From NCBI GenBank assembly GCA_964035545.1, contig OZ037772.1, positions 5,646,233 to 5,710,232 of the forward strand: 64,000 nt of DNA, written 5' to 3'. Origin of the DNA: Bugula neritina. Taxonomy: Eukaryota; Animalia; Bryozoa. The position numbers and the translations under genes were made by a program. The notes under the pieces are model-generated. The model worked only from the letters and a program-made list of their open reading frames with translations, ran no database searches and was not told the DNA's origin. This document shows, in pieces, positions 41,777 to 59,821 of the stretch. Numbering within the stretch: position 1 is the stretch's first letter; the number at the start of each line of letters is the position of its first letter.

Positions 41777-42185
41777 TGTAGTGAATTTTGCCAGTTCACT
41801 ATTATTATGTGTGGGTCGACTTAATCAAAGCCACTGCACCAGGTTGTTTACGCTAAGATACTTTATTATTTACACAAATACAAGAAGGTTATTTACTGCT
41901 AACATGAATAGAAAAACGATTACATAATTAGTGAGCTTTAATACACAACTACTCTAAATGAAGTCCCAAGCTGCTCTGCCGGCTAGCTACTCAGCGCACT
42001 GCAACTATGAGTAGCTAGCTCCACCTGCTATCAATTAGTGTGACTGTCCTGATTGGTGGTTACTAGTGGTGCCACTGCTGTCCATAGCTACAATCCGACA
42101 GGGTCGAACTCACAATATAATAAACAATATAAAGTGAACCTTTTCGATTAATACAATAATAATTGCACCACTAAAATCTACCACA
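41777..42185. mobile_element. Solo LTR of a second family (409 bp), probably antisense
   Basis: TGTAG...CCACA ends, GTAT TSD (41773-41776 / 42186-42189), absent from the near-identical copy A site (~7197). TTTATT near 41862 suggests a polyA signal on the minus strand. Confidence 0.8.
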
Positions 42186-42201
42186 GTATTTGTAGAACAA
42201 A

Positions 42202-45200
42202 ATGGCTTCTAAACCACAACAAATGGTGAGATGTACTATTTGTTTATCTAAACTCAATATAGAGGAATGCAAGGCACTGCCTTGTACTCACCCACACTGT
42301 GACAAGTGTTTGAATGAATTCTATGGAAGGCTGAATGCTCTTAAATGTGGAATATGTCGGTGGGTGAATAATATAATAACATAATAATATGTTACATAAT
42401 ATTCTATATTTCATAATATAATGTTCATAGTAACATAAATATCGTAGGTAGGTAGGTGAATAATATAATAATATATAATATAATATGTTACATAATATTA
42501 TGCAGGTATTTTATAATAATGTAAATTATAATATAAATAATATGATGATATTTACTATAAGTGTTTATGCTATATGTAGTATACCTGTATTGCTATACCA
42601 GGTTATAGAACAGATAGTGTTACACTGTAAACTTTTATATATAATTATTATACTTTATATACTATATAGCCTATAGTCAATAATCTATCAACAATAAATC
42701 GATCATTTATTTTATAGACAAGTGTTCAATACTACACCTGATAAGTTACCAACAGCAGACCAGATGAAACAGATAGATAAGTCTATACTCTGTGAAGTCT
42801 GTACAAAGTCAGGAGTGACTAACACACCTGCTCTGGTGTATTGTTTAGTGTGTTCCAAACTGTACTGCGCTAAACATGTCATTGTGAGTTGGCACTCTGT
42901 AATTTTTAGCTGTGTGCAAATGTAGTTTTATTTGTCTCTAGACTCTGGAGTAAATTAGCTGCCATCAGGTAAAAATATTTATTGTGTTATCTGTGTATGT
43001 CTCCTTATATTTTGTATAGATAGATTGGGGTAGCCAAACTTCCAAAAAGCCGAATATATATTCGTATTTTGGTGTTATTTCACAGAGAAATAATTTAATA
43101 ATTTCACAATACAAAATCCAAAGTATTTGAATCCATTGATCAAGTGAAATCATTTGCTTATTTCCACTCATCTCTTCATATGGATTGGTTTTTATGCTTT
43201 TAGAACTTAGCAAATTTTGATCAACATACAATTCCTCATATGGATTGGTTTTGTGCTTTTAGAGTTTAGCAAATATCGATTAGCATACATTATGCTGTAA
43301 TTTAGAATACCCTGGATAAAATATATGATTAAGGGGACATAACTCTCATATTTCACTTGTTGCATTCATGATTCAATTCCACTATAAATTGCACGGCACA
43401 TAGCTTTTAGTATTATTCTAAATATATCATATAGCATTGCATATATACTTTACGCAGTATAAGATTATGACATTGAGGCAATTATAACGTGTAAATGCAA
43501 TCTAATATATACAATATCATTAGTAAAATGCATACTACTCTGCATATATTTATTGTAGGATCATGACATTGTGTCTGAGGAACATTCTAGAATTAATATG
43601 ACAGAGTATAAAGCTCGCGCTGCTAAGTTAGAGAAGAGAATGTGTGAGACACATGGAGAGGTAGAGTATTCTTTGGGTTGTAAAGTCTGTCTCAAACTAC
43701 TCTGTACTCAATGTGTACCTACAGCTGGGTTATGTGTCCATGGTAAGTGTCTATTCTTCTGTTTACTTGCTATATATATTACATGATTCAGGTACACAAC
43801 AGCTTATACATTCTTTGTATATATTACTTCAGGTACATCACAGCATACATTCTTGACATTGAAAGATTTAACAATGCAGCTAGTGGAAGTCACAAAGTTG
43901 AAGGCAAGAGAAGACAACTTATCTGGTTATTACAAACAGATAGCTGAAAACATTGATGAGTTTCAAACTGAAACCAAGAAGCTACTGGGGATGCTATGTA
44001 AACAGCGTGATGATCAGGTGATTGTTACATGGTTTTTAAATTTGATAAATATAAACATCATATGGAAACTGTGAGAGTTTGTTTATAGCTTTTTGATATT
44101 TATCTAAGATAAGCTACTTTTTTGATAAATGCAAGATGGTTATACACTCAGACACTCTTCAAACAATCCTAGCTTGTCTAATGTTTAATGTGACTGTGTT
44201 TAGATAGCAGCTATTCAACAGAAGTATGACAAACTAGAGAAAGAACTGGTGGAGAAGAGAGAAAAGACTGAGAGTCAAACAGTGAACTTCATGGTAGAGG
44301 AAGTTGGGGTTAGATACTGTCAGCTGTATAATCACAGAACAGGAATAGAGGCTAGGTTAGACCAAAGTCATGAGGTTAGTTGCAGAGCATATATAGTAGA
44401 TGTTAGGATCTGTAGCAGTTTTATGCAATATTTCAGTGTCTTTATATAATTTATATATTTCTTGTTTCTCTATCTGTAAATAACATCTAAAGATTATATA
44501 AGTAGAAAATGGATCAGGTAATGACCAATAATAGGACTTCTATAATATAGGGCTGTCCAACATTTATGCCACCCTCAAAGACATAAAGCAAAGTTTTTTG
44601 CTCAGATATGCTAATTAAAGTGGAAAAACACCCTTAATTAAATGCCTTTTTGTGTACATTGCTAAAACATACAGCCTGTATTAGTTAATAGGACTTCATT
44701 GTGTAACGATTTATAAGAATTTTGAATGAAGCAATTGAAAAAATACTGTCACTGTGTTCACAGTTCAAGCTAAGTTTAACAGACTGGTCGTTGTCATTAG
44801 AATATTTCACTTTATTTGCCCTCGGTCTGAAAAGGTTTGACACCCAGTACTATAACGCTATATGACACTGTATTATAATATATAGGATACTGTATAATAC
44901 AATAATACCCTAATTAATACTTATAATATCATAGGATACTGTATATAGTACTATAGAACATTATATAATACTATACGTTACTGTATAATACCATAGAGTA
45001 GGCTACTGTAAACTACTGTATAGGATACTGCAGTATAATAGTTAATACCATATGATACAGTATAGTGTATAATCGTATAGGACACTTCACAATATACTAT
45101 AGGATAATGTTTTATAATACTATATTAGGATGCTGTATTTATTACCATATAGCACACTGTCAAATTTGAAATCTGTGCTTTCTTAGGGTACAGTTTATTA

Positions 45201-47598
45201 GCTTAAACTTTACCCATTAGTTTGTAGAAGTCTGTTTCCCTTATACTGCATTGCAATCTCTATCCTTCAATGTTTTGCTTTGCAATGCTGCTCTTTAGAT
45301 TTTTTTGTTAGTCTCAAACACAGCATTGTTGTTGATCTCATTGTCCATACTCAACCCTGACATGCTCGATAATAGCAAACAACTCCCAAACACCTGCTAC
45401 ACAGTGTCGCATTGTCTGTATATTTAATATTGTTAGGTTGACATCATCAAGTCATATCGTGATATGAAGAAGGAGATTGATAGACTGTTGACAGAAGAGA
45501 TTCCTAAGTTAATGGATTTCGATTTTGTAACATCAGTTAAAATCAAAGGTTGGTTTTATATGTTATCCATGCAAAATTATTTGAAAACAACATATTGAAT
45601 AGAACTAGAATAAATGGTCATTTTATGACATTTTGTTATGTCTTGTCGTATTTAAATAACATCATCACGGAAGTATATTTTGACCTTTAGATTTCGGGTA
45701 TATTATGTATGTAAGCTATATGTTGCTAACTGTTACATTTTCATTTTCATTTTCCTCGTTTGGTATTTCACTCAATATAAAAAAACTCTTGCAAGTCTAT
45801 AGTCACCATCTCTGTGAGAAACCCCTGAGGTTTTTGTTAAAGAGGGCTAAGGACTTATTCAAATGAGGCACAAGAGCAATTATGACTGGATGCTTTTTCT
45901 AACATCACCAATAGCCTTTTTTAGGAGCAGCCTCAGTTTAGGAGTTAGCGCGTTTGACTAGTATTTCACTTTATATATTTGTCTTATAAAAATACAATAT
46001 ACATAATAGTTTAATTTGACATGATGAAAGCATTACTATAATGATATTTTCCAAAACTGGGTTTATACTATTGCCACACTACATCCCTACAATATACTAT
46101 TACACCAAGTTTTGAAGTAAATAATGTTAGTGGGAATCTTTAGTATTTAATCTACACTGAGGAGGAAGTGGCCTACATCTCCCCCATCTGTAAGCTTCTC
46201 TCAACTATATTATAGACTTACACACTTGTGCAATAGCTGTGCTTACTCTTGGAGAATACTAATACAAGTTGTTGGTGAACACAACCTAATTTAATATAGT
46301 AGTATATCACTAAATAGAATATCATTTAAATTGATTTTAATATTTTGTTGACATGAAGGGAGCTGTTGATTTTTTAAATTTTTTTAATAATTGATTCCCA
46401 TAAAAATAATCTGGTAGGGAAAGCAAAATTGTAATAATAATTTTTTAAATGAAAAATGGACGGTCATTGCAGTGCTGCTATAGCACTGCTGTTTGTGTAG
46501 TGATGCACCAAAATATACATGTATATGTTTATATATCTGCTATTTTTTCTGATGTATCAGCTGTTTTATATTATATTACCATGTCATGCGTGTTAGTATT
46601 TTATTACAGAAGAGAAAAGAGATACAGAGATTGAGTTGACCAATGAAAAGAGAGCAAGGATAACTCCTGAACAAGGACTGGTTGTCTCACCTCCACCACC
46701 CAAGTCTATAGAACTGATAAACTCTGTTATAGTTTCTTCATACTGTGAGTCTGTTTACACCTATAAAGGTATCACATATGCTGGGTGTGATGGAGGTGTA
46801 CACAGGATAGATGAGAACAACAAAGTTACTAAATCGTTCATCTCTATTAAAGGTAGCATTGTGTGGAGTATCTCAGTACATAATGATAGGATATATACTC
46901 TGTCTTGATTCAACTGTAAGAGTTCATAACCTTGAAGGGAGGTCCATTACCAGCTGGACTCATACAGATAATAAATCAAAGTGGCTAAATCAGCTTGCCA
47001 TCATAAACAATCAGATAGCTATTCCTGACAGGCTGAATAAGACTCTAGTATTTTACTCTCTGAATGGAGGTAGTAAACACTCTACCCTGTTCTCTGCTCA
47101 CTGATACTATTGTACGTCTGTCTGCTGCAGATAACAACTCAATTATTATATCTCAGCATCACTCATCTCTAGTATACAAATTAGACACCACATCAGGTGA
47201 CATCATATGGCAGTGTAAGGATGTGACTAAACCTTGTGGAGTGACCTGCTATAGAGATGAGTTTGTACTTGTGGCTGATATTACTAAACCTACCTCACTC
47301 TGTGTACTATCATTACATACAGGTTAGTTACTGTGTAGAATGCATATAGCGTATGAAACATAAGTGTTATAGTTTGATGAAATGAGTTCATTCATATTTA
47401 TTTTTATGCTGCAAATAAATTGCACTCTCTTTTTATCATCTTTAATTCCTAAAACAGAAATTTATGTATTTTATCCCGGCAGGCAAGTTACTAACTAGGA
47501 TACGTACTAAAGACATGCTTCATTTACACCTTAATGGCTCTACTCTACTAGCTTCAAGATTATTTTGTAGGTCAGTACTGTTCTGTCAGCTGAAGTGA
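42202..47598 (+). pseudogene. TRIM-like copy C with two 2-nt deletions in the propeller exon (TGA at 46906-46908). Exons 42202-42359, 42718-42883, 43559-43742, 43833-44017, 44204-44374, 45437-45548, 46610-47322, 47483-47598
   Basis: Exon structure matches copy A. C has TCT TGA TTC where B has TCT GCT GAT TCA, and aatggaggta where A and B have aatggggaggta. Confidence 0.87.
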
Positions 47599-48499
47599 AG
47601 TGAACTAATAGACTGGGATTCCCCAATAAGGGTCAGTAAATGTTGTAGAGGGTTTTGACTGCCTTTCTAATTCATGTTTGTTATCTCGCTTTGCATTGAT
47701 TGGTTGTGCATTGTATGTTGTTGCACAACAAGTTGTGCTGTATTGAATTTTATTGCATGGAAATATTATGCATATTTAATTAAATTAAATAAATGTTGTT
47801 AAACCAGTAGCGTGTAAATTACTACCAGATATCTCCCTTGATTATTTATTAACTGATAGTCAAATTATAAAGCAGCTGTTTAAAATACACATAATTTATA
47901 CTAATTTATACTAATTTTATATTATACTATGTCAGATATTGTGTACTGGACATATCTTCTATGGTTTGTAGAACACATCATGTTGAGTCATACATATAAG
48001 GAGTTACCTTCCCAGTACATCACTATTCTTTATTCAGTCCACCATGTCAATTACCCCCCCCCCCTCCCTAAGAGTGTTTGCATGTTTTTGCTTTACAGTG
48101 GACTACAGACAGGTTATAACCACACCATTTGCCAACATTTTACAAGCAATATATCTGATTAATTAAATCACACTATTCATTGTATTATATACAATGAGCA
48201 GTTCATTTGAGAAATATATGATTTCTTTTTATTAAATAATTGATCTTGAGCTAATAAACTAAAATTCCAAAATTGCATCAACTCTTATTTTAAATACATT
48301 CAAATTTTATGGTCTGTATTTTATACTACAGATTTTCTTGGAGTTATCTTTCTGCATAAAGTAAGACTGCACAATAACTTCAACTAGCTATAGAGCTTTT
48401 ACATAGTCATACCTTTCCTGTGATATAATATAAACTGTAACAATTAGGTATATTATGCGAATATATTTTTCCTAGAGTATTAAACCATCAATAATTTTA

Positions 48500-49556
48500 G
48501 TACAGCTAAGGTAATTGCCTTCTCTGTTACAGCTTTTATGCTTGCACTACAAATGGTGCATACATATAAGCTAAACTTGAAGCTTTCACCAAAAACCTTT
48601 TGCTACAAAAAATGCCAACTGTTGGATTTTTGAGTAAGTATTATGCTGCTATTTCTCCAATTAAAACTTAGCTACTCTCCATTTGGTGAAATAGCATAAG
48701 CATTTGCGATAAGAAATATTCTTTTTCAGTAAGTAATTATTTGAAATTTGAATGTAATATGATGAAAGAAGCGATCAAGCCAACACAGCGTCCTGCTGTA
48801 CGCAAGAAACTAAGTGTCCCGGTAAAGTTTTTTCAACCATCATATTCCGCTTACCAAACTCTTTAAGCATTTTTACAAACTAACCTTTATTTCTATGCGA
48901 TACACAACAATAAAGCTGAGATTTTATACATTAACCTATGCAGACCGTATTATACAGAAAATTAGAGTTTTATTATAACTTTCTACAGGCCTCTCATAGT
49001 CTTACCTCTTTACTAGTAAACATTGCACAGGGCATGGCTACTTACAATTATAGTTTTTGTATACTGTGATACGTTATAGTTATAGAAATATTAGGAGACA
49101 AGTTCTGTCTATTTAATAATCAACACTGTTACAAGCTACCTCTACTACAATATTAATTTCCTTTTACTCAACATATACAAGCAACACTTTATGGAGCTGG
49201 TCACATGTTAGTAATACTTAAGTAGACATAACGAATATCGTTGGATGAGTTTTACTAGTAGCTAAGTCACTCTCTATTTCATTGGTGGAAGAAATCAATA
49301 TCTCTCAATAGATTAGCAAATAATTAAGTTCTATGAATACAATAAGATCTATGAACGCTATGAATGAACCTATAGAACAAATACACCATTCTGATTGGAC
49401 ACACAAAAGAAAATTAATAACTCCGCCCTAGTTGGATTTTCCAGTTTAATTCCTACAATGAGTCATGCAGTTTCATTTAGGTTAAGACCTGCTTATTGTA
49501 GCTTTAAGAAGAGAATTCGGATACAGCAAAATACTTCATTGATCATAAGATACTGG
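48500..49556 (+). promoter_or_regulatory. Full-length conserved upstream block and probable promoter / non-coding first exon of copy D
   Basis: Homologous to 380-1460; ATTGG (reverse CCAAT, ~49394), CTCCGCCC GC box (~49421), GGATTTTCC kB-like site (~49434), possible donor g|gtaatt at ~49556. Promoter function is inferred. Confidence 0.45.
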
Positions 49557-49916
49557 TAATTAATCTAAATATTTTATAATTTTAACTTATTGTCACTTTT
49601 CAGCTGCTGCGGTATTGATTTATTTTATTTATTTATTCATTTACAGTAAAATAAATTTATTGTCTCTCAAAAATAGTTTTAAGTATTCTCACTTTTTAGC
49701 TTTTGTACATTTCACCATGTGAAACTTACTATAAGTGATCTGGATGAAATATTATAGTAACTGTCATGAATATTTGTATGCTTTATGTTCACACAAATAT
49801 ATAATAGGTAGTTGCAGTTCAAAAAATTAACTTCATTAAAACACAATCTACTTTTCCTGCTCAATTTATTAAGATTACTTCAATCTGTAACACTATATAT
49901 ATAAGCATCTTCCATA

Positions 49917-50126
49917 AAAAAACTCACACAAGTTTATAGTCACTATCCCTGTGAGAAACCCCTGATGGAAAGGGTTTTTGTTAAAGCGGGCTAATGACTT
50001 ATTTAAATGAGGCACAGGAGCAATTATGACTGGATGCTCTTCCTAACATCACCAATGACCTTTGTCAGGCTCGAACCCATGACCTCGTGTTTACTAGGCA
50101 AATGCTCTAATCCCTAGACCACGGCT
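49917..50126 (-). mobile_element. tRNA-derived SINE (a partial second copy lies at ~45780-45920)
   Basis: Minus strand: A-box-like TGGTCTAGGGATTAG and B-box GGTTCGAGCC; the body (gtgagaaacccctga...gagcaattatgactggatgc) is shared with ~45815-45915. Confidence 0.75.
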
Positions 50127-50611
50127 GTTCAAATATATAAGCATTTTCAATAGATATACAACGCATATTTAGCATAATAATAATAATGACAGCAGCTTCA
50201 ACAATAGCACTTTTCAACTAATCGAAAAAAAAGTATTTCACAAGTTGAATATGTAAGTAAAGTACTTGAGGCTGTATTGTAAAAAAAAGACTTCTAATTA
50301 AAATACAGTGAATGTCATATAGATTTGTGTTAGCTGAATTGTGCAGTTTAATAACTTTCCTGTGTATTTATGTCTATCGTAGATGAACACCATGACTCTG
50401 GTTATCCTAGGCTGTATTCTTCTATTTATGTATTATGTTACACTGTATAGCATACATTGTACCCTGTATACATGGTATATGTTATATAATACAATATGCT
50501 TGGATATACTATACTTTTACTGGTTATATTATGCAATAAGTAATGCATGCTATTGCAATGTTTTAATGCCACAAAATAATAAAACATACACTATTCTACT
50601 TGTAGGACAAG

Positions 50612-56528
<5,917 letters not shown>

Positions 56529-57640
56529 TAGTAACCTTTGGTCACCTTTCACCGCCATGGTCCTGTGAGGGTGGCGAGTCTTTGCTTGATACAAAGTTCT
56601 ACCAGACTTCTCTATCGCTCTCAATTTTCAGCATCTGCACCATCTAAATCAAGCCATCTTAAGTCTGAGATTATTGTATCACCCCATCTCCAACTGTCAT
56701 CTCCGACACTTTCCGGATGTCATCTTCTCTTTCTTTCTGTCTAGCATGCCCATACCACTGCATTTGTCTCCTCCTCAGCAGGTCTTTAATCGGCATCATC
56801 TTGGCCTCTGCTGTTATTTCCTCATTTGGCTTACAATCCTCTAAACTGACATTCAAGCAGTATCGCAACATGCACATCTCACATGATGACATCTTATCAG
56901 CCAGAGATTTTGTGATGGGCCATGTCTGATTTCCATATAGCAGGGTTGGTCTGACAGCTATTCTTTAAATCAGAAATTTCAGTTTTGTGGGCATCTTTGT
57001 CTTACAGAGCACACCAGACAGCTCTCTCCACTTATTGCAAATCTTGGTTATATTCAGCTCAACCTTCTTTTGGCAGCCTCCATCTCGATGCATTGTCGTG
57101 CCCAAGTGCTTTAATTTAGACCACTTTGGCATGCTTTCCATATCTTGACTACTCTACTTCTTTATCTTGATATTTTCTTGGTCTCTAACTGCTGGCAAAT
57201 GCTCTGTTTTCTTTCGCTCTATCCTCAATCCCGCTGCTTCTATTCCCTCTCTCCAGATCTCTAACCTACTTTTAAATTTGTCTTTATTACTATCGCAAAG
57301 GACCAGATCGTCAGCAAATAGCATTGCCCATGGACTGTACTCATTGATCTTTTCTCCTAGAACATCCATAATTATAATAAATAGCAGCAAGCTTGATGCC
57401 AATCCTGATGTGATCCAACTTCAATTTGGATGTTGCTTGTCTATCTGGAGTCTGTCCCAACACTAGTGCTGCAGTATGTTACATGTTTTTTTATGATGTT
57501 GATGTACTGCTATTGAACCACTTGCTTTCGTAAGCAATACCATACGGTATGGTGTCGTAAGGTTTTTCAAGGTCTACGAACACCATATGAAGCGCTTTGC
57601 TGTGCTCTCTGTGTTTGTCCTGCAGTATTCTGAGGCAGAA

Positions 57641-58448
57641 CAGAGTTAGTTTAAGGTCATAACTTCCCAGATTCAGGCACTGCTTTACGTTATATATAAA
57701 CGGTTTCCATGGGATAGCTCAAACAGTTTTTGGTTCACATTACCAAATTATATATGAAAAGATAGCTCTCACATTCTTCTTTCATATGTTCTTTTTATTT
57801 TTTCAAAAAAAAAATTTTTTTATAAAGTTGTTACACAATAAGTAAAATTTTACACCCTCCTTGTTCCGCTGCTGTAGCATAAGGGATTAATTTTATTAAG
57901 TCTAATATCCAAACTTGACATTCGGTGATATGTTTTCTCTGATATACTTTCTTTGTTCATGCGCATCGCAATTTGGCCGAATCATACACCATTTTGCAAA
58001 CTTCATTGCAGTTATGTACATTCTTTATATGGTGGTTCTAGCTACGCTCCTGTGACCAACTATAACTTTCCCAGTACATTTGCAGCAGTGGCACTTGTAG
58101 TATAAGTAAAGTATAGTATAAGTAAAGGCAGAGTTAGTAAAGCTAAACTAACGAGCACTCAAATACAAGGCATATTAGGATACAATAACAAGTCAGGAGT
58201 GTGTAAGTTAGGAAATAGTTGAAAGGGGGACAATGTTTTTCAACAAGCTATAACTTGAAAATGAAAGGGCTTTCGACAAAATTAAAAAAAGTATATTGAA
58301 AAACATAATTTGCTTTTTTTTTCGTATTTTTGTTGTTGCTGTAACACTCGACCTGTTTGAGCTATCAGTGCAACATTGTTCATATCCAATGAAAAGCACC
58401 TGGCAAAGAGCCATAAACTGAAAAAAGCATGACCTTAAACTAACTGTG
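57641..58448 (+). mobile_element. CACAG-TIR family non-autonomous DNA transposon (808 bp), 2-bp TSD AA
   Basis: CAGAGTTAGTTTAAGGTCAT ... ATGACCTTAAACTAACTGTG; removal restores the LINE frame ELMF|CLRIL. Confidence 0.88.
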
Positions 58449-59821
58449 AACATGAGTTCTGTAGTTGATTTCCCCTTATGAAATTTGCACTGGTTTTGCT
58501 TGAAAGTTACAAGTTCTTTGATTCTCTGTTCAATGATCCTCTGTAATAGTTTGAGGCAGTGGCTTAGCAGTGTTATTTCCCGATAGTTTCCGCAGTCTAG
58601 TGGGTCTCCTTTCTTTATATATATTTGTGTTATCATACTCTTTCTCCAGTTTGGTGGTATCCTTTTGGGAATGACGTGTTTCAAACAAGCTGTCATCCAA
58701 GTGTTTTCTTTCTTGTTTAGCAACTTTATGATGTTGATTGGTAGTGAGTCTAGCCCAGTGGCTTTGTTAGTTTTAATTTTTCCTATCTGGGTGCTGACTT
58801 TGTCTTCATGGATTTTGAGTATTGGTCCTTGCACTGGTAACTACTGTTTTCATTTAGTAGATCAATGAAGTAATTTTTCCATCTCTTTTAATTTGCTCAT
58901 CTTAACACAGAATCTTTCTGTCTAGGTATCTCCTTGACAAAAGGTGTTCTGTCAATATCCTTAAATCTCCAGTGTCTAGTTTTAGCTAGACGGTGGATGA
59001 TCTCTGGTCCATTTTTGTCTGATTCATCATAGAAGCTTTCTGATGCTGCTTGCTTTGCTATGTCTGCATTCTCCTTACTTGTCTTGTTCAGGTAGGTGTA
59101 TAGTTCTCCTGTTTCTTCTTTGTTATCCTCACTTTCCCTTTTCCATTCTTTCCATGCATATCTTTTCTTTTTTACTGCTGACAGTACTTTCTCATTCCAC
59201 CATTGCCTCCATAACCGTTGGATAAGTCTCTGTCCACTGGAATTTCTTTTCAGTATAGATTTCATCTGGATTTTTACTCAGTTTCTCTAAAAGCTCTTTT
59301 CATCCGGTATTCTAAGTTTCCACCAGCTAGTTTTGCTTTCTTTTTTTTTGGGTCTTCTCTTCTTATTCTTGGCTAAAATTTCATCTACCAGGAGCTGGTG
59401 TGGTGATGCTGCAGATTTTTGCCCAGGATCACTTTACTTTCTCTTCTAATTCTGATGCAGTCAATCACGGTTTGATTTGGTCTCCTCTTCAAAGTGCACG
59501 TCTAGGCATCATTGATAGTGAAGAATTTATTTACCAATACCAGGTCACACTACCAAGCAGAGTTCAAAATTTGCTCTCCTTCTGCATTGATGGTTCTATG
59601 TGTTTTGTCACCATTCCATTTTTCAAAAGAGTCTTTCTCTACTCCAACATGTTCATTGAGATTGCCGGCAACAATCGGTTCTTCTGATACAGGCTTACTG
59701 TCCAATATCGCCGAGTTGTGTCCAGAATTTGTCCTTTTCTTTTTCTTCACATCCTTGTAGGCTGACATAATGTTATAAGTCTGCCGAGGCGTCATTAGCT
59801 TCATACTCATTATTCTATCTG

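Noticed and set aside
58208-58834. 208-aa ORF as a single gene
   Set aside because: Only 58449-58834 is RTE reverse transcriptase; the rest reads into the inserted DNA transposon.
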